A DNA stretch of 64,000 bases from Octopus vulgaris (taxonomy: Eukaryota), in assembly GCA_951406725.2 (NCBI GenBank), contig OX597819.1:128278001-128342000 (forward strand). Direction: 5' to 3'. Positions 55,591 through 64,000 of this stretch are shown piece by piece. The position numbers were made by a program, and so were the translations under genes. Each line of letters begins with the position of its first letter. The first letter of the stretch is position 1. The notes beneath the pieces are model-generated. The model worked only from the letters and a program-made list of their open reading frames with translations, was not told the origin of the DNA and did no database searches.

Positions 55591-55794
55591 ATATATATAT
55601 TTATAATATTAGGGAGTATAACTCTAAACTTACAGGGAAAAATTCAATTTAGTATTACTTATTATATTATATTTATCATTCATTTTATACTTTTTGAAAA
55701 AAAATTAATTATTATATATATTACTTGTTATTTATATATTGGTTGATGTCTATCACTGTTTGAGTTGCATAATAGTGGTTTAATCTCAAATTTA

Positions 55795-55857
<63 letters not shown>

Positions 55858-56256
55858 AGATACATTCATATACTGAGTAACATCTCCAGCCAGTGCATTT
55901 TACTATGGCCTCGGCTGGAGCCAAGATTCGTGAGTGAAATTGGTGTAAAATGACTGTCGAAAATACCAGACGGACGGAACCTGTAATTCAATAAGCACTT
56001 TTTGATGCACCGTGTCGTGTTGAGTCGGTCTAGTAAATGCGCAGAAAGTAGAGATATCTCTGGAATTTTCAGCTACTTCCTCGATAATGAAATGGAAATT
56101 CATTTAATCGCTGAAACCGACGGAGAACTCATTAGAATATTTCTATGCCAGTATGTGTTCATGTGTGTTTTGTAGAATCATAAAGATATATTTACACACG
56201 CACATATGTGTGTGTATACATGCATAAACACACGCACAGATATATATATATATATA

Positions 56257-56302
<46 letters not shown>

Positions 56303-56584
56303 TATATGTATGTATGTATGAAACCAATGGTAGCTTGCTAACCCACAAATAAAGAATATTTATACCGCAATGCGATGTTGAACACTCATTCTCACCGTTC
56401 GATATTAGCGCGCGCGCGTGTGTGTGTGTGTGTGTGTATGTGTGTGTGAATGAGTGAGTGAGTGAGTGATTGAGTGAGTATGTGTGCGTGTGTACGCGAG
56501 CCTATATCCGTGTGTATACACACACACACACATACACCCATACACACATACACACACACACACACACATATATTTTCATTATTA

Positions 56585-57028
56585 TATTTCGGGTTGGTCA
56601 TTTTTCTTTTTCGCAAATAAACGCACACAATATATATTCGTTCTTCACTCATTTATTACTGTTCTTATTTTAACTCATGTCCATTGTCCGGAAAACTCTC
56701 GTCACGCATCTGTGACCTCTTCAGTGACACTTTCCATCCGCGTGTGTTTTCCTGCTCCGTTTAGTCCATTCCGTTCTTCTACGATGTGTATCCTTATATA
56801 AGGAGCAGAAACGAGGACGTAAAGTGCCGCTGAAGAGGTCACAGATGCGTGACTAAAGATTTCCGATCAATGGACATTAGTTAAAATAAGAACAGTAATA
56901 AACAAGTGAAGAACAAATATATAGTGTGTGCGTATATTTGGGGAAAAAACTGACCATCCTGAAATACGGCAATATTTGCTTCACCACATGGTTTCACACG
57001 AGGAATCTTGTAACACAAATCCATAAAC

Positions 57029-57030
<2 letters not shown>
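56585..57030 (+). mobile_element. Fold-back PLE derivative with two decayed hammerheads
   Basis: Inverted repeat 56585-56758 / 56802-56966; CTGAAGA-g-gtcac..gtgac followed by GAGA (56687-56728, minus) or TAAA (56826-56867, plus); tail to 57030. Confidence 0.75.
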
Positions 57031-57087
<57 letters not shown>

Positions 57088-57195
57088 GTTTCGTATTAAC
57101 ACGAGCCTGTTCGCTAACATAAGGATTTCTAGCAAACTGTTTCAAATGAATATGTCTCTTCAATTGCCACAATAACATTAGTATACATTGGCTAG

Positions 57196-57226
<31 letters not shown>

Positions 57227-57237
57227 CAGCACGGAGT

Positions 57238-57288
57238 TTTGTCAGTGAACAGGTCGCGGTCTCAAAGCGACGAAAATATTTTGACAAA
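57238..57288 (+). ncRNA. Type I hammerhead ribozyme with G3-C8 core swap
   Basis: tttgtca-GTGAACA-g-gtcgc ggtctcaaa gcgac-GAAA-atat-TT-tgacaaa; 7-bp stem I, 5-bp stem II, palindromic stem III. Confidence 0.72.
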
Positions 57289-57410
57289 TTAAATTTAATT
57301 ATTGACGTGAATCTAACGGTTTTTGTGTGTTTCTTAAATGGTTTATAAACACCTTCCACGCTGCAATTGTTATCGTTCCAGCACACGATGCAAGTACATC
57401 TCTCTCTCTC

Positions 57411-57460
<50 letters not shown>

Positions 57461-57534
57461 CATGTATATATATGTATATATATATGTATATGTATATATA
57501 TACCTATGCATATATATATACATATATATACATG

Positions 57535-57619
<85 letters not shown>

Positions 57620-57754
57620 ATATATATGTATATATATGTATATATATGTATATGTATATATATGTATATATATATATATATATACATATACATGTATATG
57701 TATATATATATATACATATACATGTATATGTATATATATATATATACATATACA

Positions 57755-57812
<58 letters not shown>

Positions 57813-57874
57813 CATGTATATATATGTATATATATATATGTATAGGTATACATATACATATATATATAGACCTT

Positions 57875-58232
57875 GGTGTGGCTGTGTGCTTAAGATGCTT
57901 GCTTCCTAACCACACGATCTTGGGTTCAGTCCCGTTCCGCGCTACTTTGAGCTTCTACTATAGACACAGTCCAGCTAAAGACTTGCACGTGAATTTGATA
58001 GAAGAAAACTGGAAGAAGTCTATCGTGTGTGTGTGTGTGCTTGTTTGTGTGAGCGTGCATGCTTTTGTCCCTCACTACCGCTTGACAATCAGTATTGGTT
58101 TGTTTACATCCCGGTAACTTTACGGTTCAGTAAATGACCGATCAAATAAGTCCCAGGCTAATTTTGTAAATGCTAGGGTCGATTTTCTCGACTAAGACCC
58201 ATGATGGCCACAGTCCAGTGACTGAAATAAGT
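57875..58232 (+). mobile_element. SINE family A (diverged)
   Basis: gtggctgtgtg...gggttcagtccc...tgactgaaa. Confidence 0.75.
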
Positions 58233-58465
58233 GAGTTAATATATATATGTATATATATTATGTGTACAGACAGACAGAGAGACAGATTGATTGATTGACA
58301 GATTGATTGATTCATTGATTGATTCATTGATTGACTGACTGACTGACTGATTGATTGATACGCATACATACACACAAATCCCGTTACATATACAGCCACA
58401 TCACGCACATTCTCATATCACAAACACACGTACACATACACACCCAAGCATATGCATGGACTCGC

Positions 58466-58529
<64 letters not shown>

Positions 58530-59201
58530 ACACACTCACACACACTCACACACACACACACACACACGTGCCCGCGCACACTCACATCCACGCGATTCAA
58601 AAGACATATCAAGAGGTGCAAAATAACGAAAGACGGAGAACGATTGAAACATAACTCAAGAAGCAGATCATATTTTTGTAGCCGTTTCTTTTCTCGTCCG
58701 TCACTTATCTGCCTTAATCTAAAGTGGTATGAGGGAATATGTTTAGAGGTTTTTTGCTTGAATATTAAAACGACCATTAGAACTATACGCTCCGCTTGTT
58801 CTATACAGATACTATTGAGATAGTGCGTGATTAACACACGTCACTCAAATCTCTGTCCCACCCCCCCCCCCATCCCCGCACACCCACCCACCCGCTTCAT
58901 ATCGCCGAGTGATAAACATCAAAAAGGAGGAAACGAGGAAAAGTAGTGAGGAAGAACTGAAGGAAGGAAGGGAAGAAGGGAAGAAGAAAGGAAGGAATGA
59001 AGGAGGGAAAGAAGGAAAAAAAGGGAAGGAAGGAACCAAGCAAGCAAGGAAGCAGGGAATGAAAGAAGGAAGGAAGGAGGGAAGGAGGGAGAGAAAGAAG
59101 GAAGGTGAAAATTATGAACATATATATCCAATGAATAATTCATTTTCTTAACAACAGATCTGTTAACGAATGTACAAATATCTACATACATATGTACATA
59201 C

Positions 59202-59269
<68 letters not shown>

Positions 59270-59281
59270 GCACATATATAT

Positions 59282-59313
<32 letters not shown>

Positions 59314-59505
59314 GTATGTTATATATATGTATATATACATATATGTATGTATATATATGAATGTATCTTTTTATACGCTCATGATATAGCAAGCTTATAA
59401 ATACATTCTTACAAATATTTGTTTTCATATATAAAAAAAATGATCATAGATGTAAATCTGTGTATATATGTATTGCTGCATGTATTTACAGATATACAAG
59501 CATAC

Positions 59506-59573
<68 letters not shown>

Positions 59574-59628
59574 CATACATATATACATACATATATACAT
59601 ACATATATACATATATACATATATATAC

Positions 59629-59693
<65 letters not shown>

Positions 59694-60029
59694 CCATCTC
59701 GTGAGTTAAATGAGAATGTAAACATTTTCTTTCTATACTATTGATGGGCTGGAAAATGAGAGAGGATATCTACTGACGGCCCATTTCACGGCCCAATGAC
59801 TGCACCACAAATGAGACATGCCTCAGTTTCTTTCCCTGAACGAGCTGCTTAGAGAGCAGTTTTAAATTAGGCTGATAGAGTTTCAATAGCTAATTTGCAT
59901 ATGTCAGCTTTTGACGGCAGGTTATAACTTAAACAACATTTATGTTTGCACCTTTCTGCATAAAACTGAAGATCTGTAAAACCTTTAAACACTATAAAAC
60001 TTTCTTGTAGGTTATATAAGGTTGTGAAG

Positions 60030-60258
60030 GTCGGCGAGCTGGCAGAAACGTTAGCACGCCGGGCGAAATGCGTAGCCGTATTTCGTCTGCCGTTACGTTT
60101 TGAGTTCAAATTCCACCGAGGTCGACTTTGCCTTTCATCCTTTCGGGGTCGATAAATTAAGTACCAGTTAAGCACTGGGGTCGATGTAATCGACTTAATC
60201 CGTTTGTCTGTCCTTGTTTGTCCCGTCTATGTTTAGCCCCTTGTGGGTAATAAAGAAA
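60030..60258 (+). mobile_element. SINE family B
   Basis: Full-length match to family B. Confidence 0.88.
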
Positions 60259-60319
60259 CATATATAGCGTTGTGATCACTTCATTTTACGTTATCGTGGC
60301 CGAGAAAAAGACAAAAACA

Positions 60320-60560
60320 CACACACGTATATGTATGGTTTGGTCACGCCTGCTGGATGAGCACCGGAAAACTACCACACCAACTTTTGTGACTTCAGCG
60401 ACCCACAACTGGAGAATCCAGCGCAGTGCTCCAAATAAGACATTGGCAAAACTAATTGACGAAGATCTTAAGTCACAGTGCATTGACCTGAAGCATGCTA
60501 AGGCCAGCACCATGGATTGGAAAGCGTGTATAATATCATCACTGCAGCGGGCTAGTTGAG
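60320..60560 (+). mobile_element. RTE-clade LINE 3' relic
   Basis: tggtttggtcac (WFGH) then ...APNKTLAKLIDEDLKS...AKASTMDWK, similar to the RTE C-terminal pattern. Confidence 0.45.
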
Positions 60561-60598
60561 AGTACAGCCTCTCGCTCCAGTCTCCAGCTACGCTTACA

Positions 60599-60642
<44 letters not shown>

Positions 60643-60940
60643 AGTTCAGCAAAATTTAGATTCAGATGAATATGGTACTTAAGTTAAAGGCACGAGAATT
60701 TGGTATGGTATTATCCATATAAATCAAATGGGGTGATTGTAATCAAAATAAGCAACAAGGATATCCAAGGTAGTGTAGTACAATTGTTTCATGCTACTTC
60801 ATTTTATTAAACCCTGAAAGTATTACAGTATTGCTCGACATTTTAAAACTCATGTAATACTTACAGTGTTTAATAAAATGAAGTAGCATGAAACGATTGT
60901 ACTGCACTACCTTGGATATCCTTGTTGCTTATTTTGATTA
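60643..60940 (-). mobile_element. Fold-back element with hammerhead 3' half and tail
   Basis: Inverted repeat 60740-60812 / 60868-60940 with GAAAcaattgTA; aagcaacaag and ttaagtacca motifs shared with 1646-2472. Confidence 0.75.
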
Positions 60941-61177
60941 TATATATATGTGCATGTATGTTTGCATATATGTATGAACAAGTGCCGGATAAAATGACCG
61001 TCCTTTTACTGTAGTGATTGTGTGAATGTATGAATGTGTGCGTGTGAGTATGAGTATGTGTAAGACGCAATTTTAAACCAACAAGTAAGTCTAGCCTTTT
61101 GATATGATACTGTATTTGGAATATTGTGTAAGATTCTTTGGAATAATAATTCCGGCCCTAAAGCAGTTTATCATTTA

Positions 61178-61574
61178 CTAGCAGTATCGCCCGGCGTTGC
61201 TCGGGTTTGTAAGGGAAATAACTATATAAGCATTTTTAGAGATGTAAAGTATAATAGCCATCTCAATATGGCTAACCACAAAGGTGGGGTGGTTACTGTA
61301 GCTTTTTACGTTCTGAGATTTAATAATAAATTTTTAGAGAGTTACTTCCCTTATATATGCCAAAAATGCATTAAAAATGGGAAAAATTGATGGTAAATTT
61401 TTTTTTAAATCGTAGACTCATCGTAGACGAGCGCTAGTACCCAGAAGGGCTCGATATGAATCACGACTATAAGATACCCGGTTTTGGTTAAACTGCACCG
61501 CAAAATGTGGGAATAGTTAGGAATCTAAATCGTAGGAGACAGACAGCACACAACCTCACTTTTATATATAAAGA
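61178..61574 (-). mobile_element. Non-autonomous Helitron with a nested 87-bp insert
   Basis: 3' end matches 32960-33016 (cccgagcaacgccgggcgatactgCTAG); 5' end TCTTTATATATAAAAG. Confidence 0.75.
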
Positions 61575-62728
61575 CTTCTCAGAACATTTGAAACAAAATG
61601 ATAAGACTGGAATCAGAGTTCCATTAACACCTCGAGATTTTGGTCCTTATCTTAATTTTAGATTTGCATTTCTTCCTCTTATACATCACGTGTTACTAGG
61701 TACCTCCCTTACAGACATTAATTTGTTTCAAATCCTCTGTTTATTAGAAAAAATATTTTTTCCTTGGTTTAAAATAACAACTATCAGGTTAAACATTAAG
61801 AAATTAATCAGAAAACAGCTTTGATTTCAACAAAACATCCCTTGAGGAACCGTATGATTTTTTTTGTTTATAATCTAACCAAAGTGAAACTAAATTAATG
61901 TATGTTTTATTTATTTATTTCAGTATTGTGAGAAATTAACGAGTCTATGTGTGTTAGACTGAAGTGAACTCATTGTGTGTATGTATGTGTGTGGGTGCGC
62001 GCGTGTATGTGTGTGTATTTGTATGTATGTTTTTTCTCTGTGCGTGTATGTTTGTGTGTGTATACATATATAATAAGAAAAAGAAACGCTATAGAGTAAA
62101 TAAAATAATTCAACATTTCGTTAATCAATCGGAATTAATTGACCGACATGGATCTATATTAACTTCTTAGAGGTGGTGGGTAAAAAGAGTAAGCACATAT
62201 ATATATATACATATATATATGTGTGAGTGCGCATACGTATTCATGTATTTGCGCATGTATATGTATATATACTTATATACGAGTATGCGCGGTTTGTGTG
62301 TACGTGTGGAAGTATGTATATGTGTGGGTATATGGACGTACGGATACATATATGTGTATATATATGTATTCGTACGTGTATATATATGGACGTACGGATA
62401 CATATATGTATGTGTGTATGTATATGGATGTACGGATACATATATGTATGTGTGTATATATATGGACTTACGGATACATATATGTATGTGTGTATATGTA
62501 TACGTGTGTACTTGCATATATACAAATTTTCATAACTTTATTCATACATTATAAAGGAATATTCTTTTTTTTTTTTTCATTTTTGGATTTGGTTTGCAAG
62601 ATTCTTTATATGAGTTCGTGTGTTGAAGCATATTCTGTTGTGTCTGGGGAGAGTCATTTTCTTTTTGTGCCTTATTATGTAATACACTCACCGGTAAAAT
62701 TTCTACTTTTTTTCTTACTTTTATTGTC

Positions 62729-62764
62729 CTAAAGTTTTCGTTGCGTCTTGCAACCTTTCAATAG
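62729..62764 (-). ncRNA. Possible hammerhead variant (UUGAAAG core)
   Basis: cta-TTGAAAG-gttgc aagac gcaac-GAAA-ac-TT-tag; second copy at 50292-50328; stem I only 3 bp. Confidence 0.35.
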
Positions 62765-63034
62765 TTTTGACTCTATTCTTTTATTAACTATAAACTTAAC
62801 TTATTTATATCTCTCTCAACTCTATTTAATTTATTCATTTATTGTTCTAATTCGATTCACTTAGTCTATCTCATCTCCAATCATCCAGTAATCACTTCGC
62901 CCGAACATATAACGATACAAACCATAAACCGTATCTTTCAGTCTACTATAACGAATCCATAAACACACATAAAACATCCAAGGGTATACTTTTGCCCTCT
63001 GAAGATATGATGCAGAGGCAGACAGACAGATAGG

Positions 63035-63112
<78 letters not shown>

Positions 63113-63552
63113 CGTATGTCATGCGAATAACTGTGTTAAATATAGTTAAAGTAACAATGCAAGTGCATATCTTTATGAGTAACTAAAATTCAATTCGTAT
63201 TCCTTGCCTGAGCTGCATTTTGTAGCTGATTCTCCAGTATACGTATATTTTCGTTTAGTTTAATTTTTCTTCGGGTAATAATAATCTTTTACTGATATAA
63301 TCCTATGAAAATCATGGCGGAAATGTGCCTTGATATAAAATAAATAGATTTACCATTAAGATATCCCGAGATAACGGAAACATTTACAATCTGGTGACCG
63401 AATTGTCTCTCGTCGCATTTTATGGGTAATATAATATTATTATTGCTGTTATTTTATTGATATCATTTGTCAATATTTTGAGCGTATGTCGGTACTTTTT
63501 TACTTTTTACTCTATTTGTGTTTGCGAGTAGTATGATATAACACGCATACAT

Positions 63553-63606
<54 letters not shown>

Positions 63607-64000
63607 TCTTATAATAAAAACCACAAACTTTGTAAATACTGCTACCCAGGGTTTCTTGGTTGAAATCTGCCATCTAGCAAGCTGAGAACAAGATCGTTTG
63701 CCAGCTGTCTTTTGAACTGATAACGTTTAAACAAGAGACTCTGGTAAAGAAGAAGACAAGAAAATCACAAGGGAGATAAGCAACGTTACAATAATTCAAT
63801 ATCAAGCAGACGTAAACAATATGTTAATGGTTTACTAAATGCTCGGTGGCCTACTTTTAAATTTAGGTAAGATGTATTTCTTGAAATGCGGACATACAGA
63901 AAAACTCTCGTTCTTGGAATTTATCCATTCGCTGGAGGTTTTTTAGAGATACAATTTTTTGAGAGAATATACTGAATATTTTTTTAACTTATTAATAAAG

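Noticed and set aside
57128-57168. Minus-strand TTGAAGA...GAAAcag hammerhead-like motif
   Set aside because: Stem II does not pair and the cleavage-site register is off; at best a decayed remnant.
62330-62490. Repeated atatggacgtacggatacata units
   Set aside because: Minisatellite derived from the surrounding TA/TG repeats.

Overview
AT-rich, microsatellite-saturated eukaryotic DNA. The SINE families point to an octopus/coleoid cephalopod genome (inference). I find no intact host gene, and nearly all ORFs in the supplied track are translations of (TA)n, (CA)n, (TATG)n or (GATA)n. The window holds: at least five tRNA-headed SINE families; three non-autonomous Helitrons; a DD37D (maT) transposase relic; CR1-, RTE- and R4/Dong-like LINE relics; and an internally deleted Tx1/L1-clade LINE with target-site duplications. 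The main signal is a dense population of Penelope-like element (PLE, Naiad-type) derivatives, mostly embedded in (TA)n tracts. About 17 of these form fold-back (inverted-repeat) structures. About 20 whole or partial type I hammerhead ribozyme motifs occur, with family-specific palindromic stem III and unusual cores: a G3-C8 swap, a possible U3-A8 swap, A6U, and an extra nucleotide after A9. One ORF-less ~360-bp hammerhead monomer is in tandem (retrozyme-like), and the Tx1 LINE has inserted into it. All calls were made by eye; coordinates are approximate to a few bases and no ribozyme activity has been tested.
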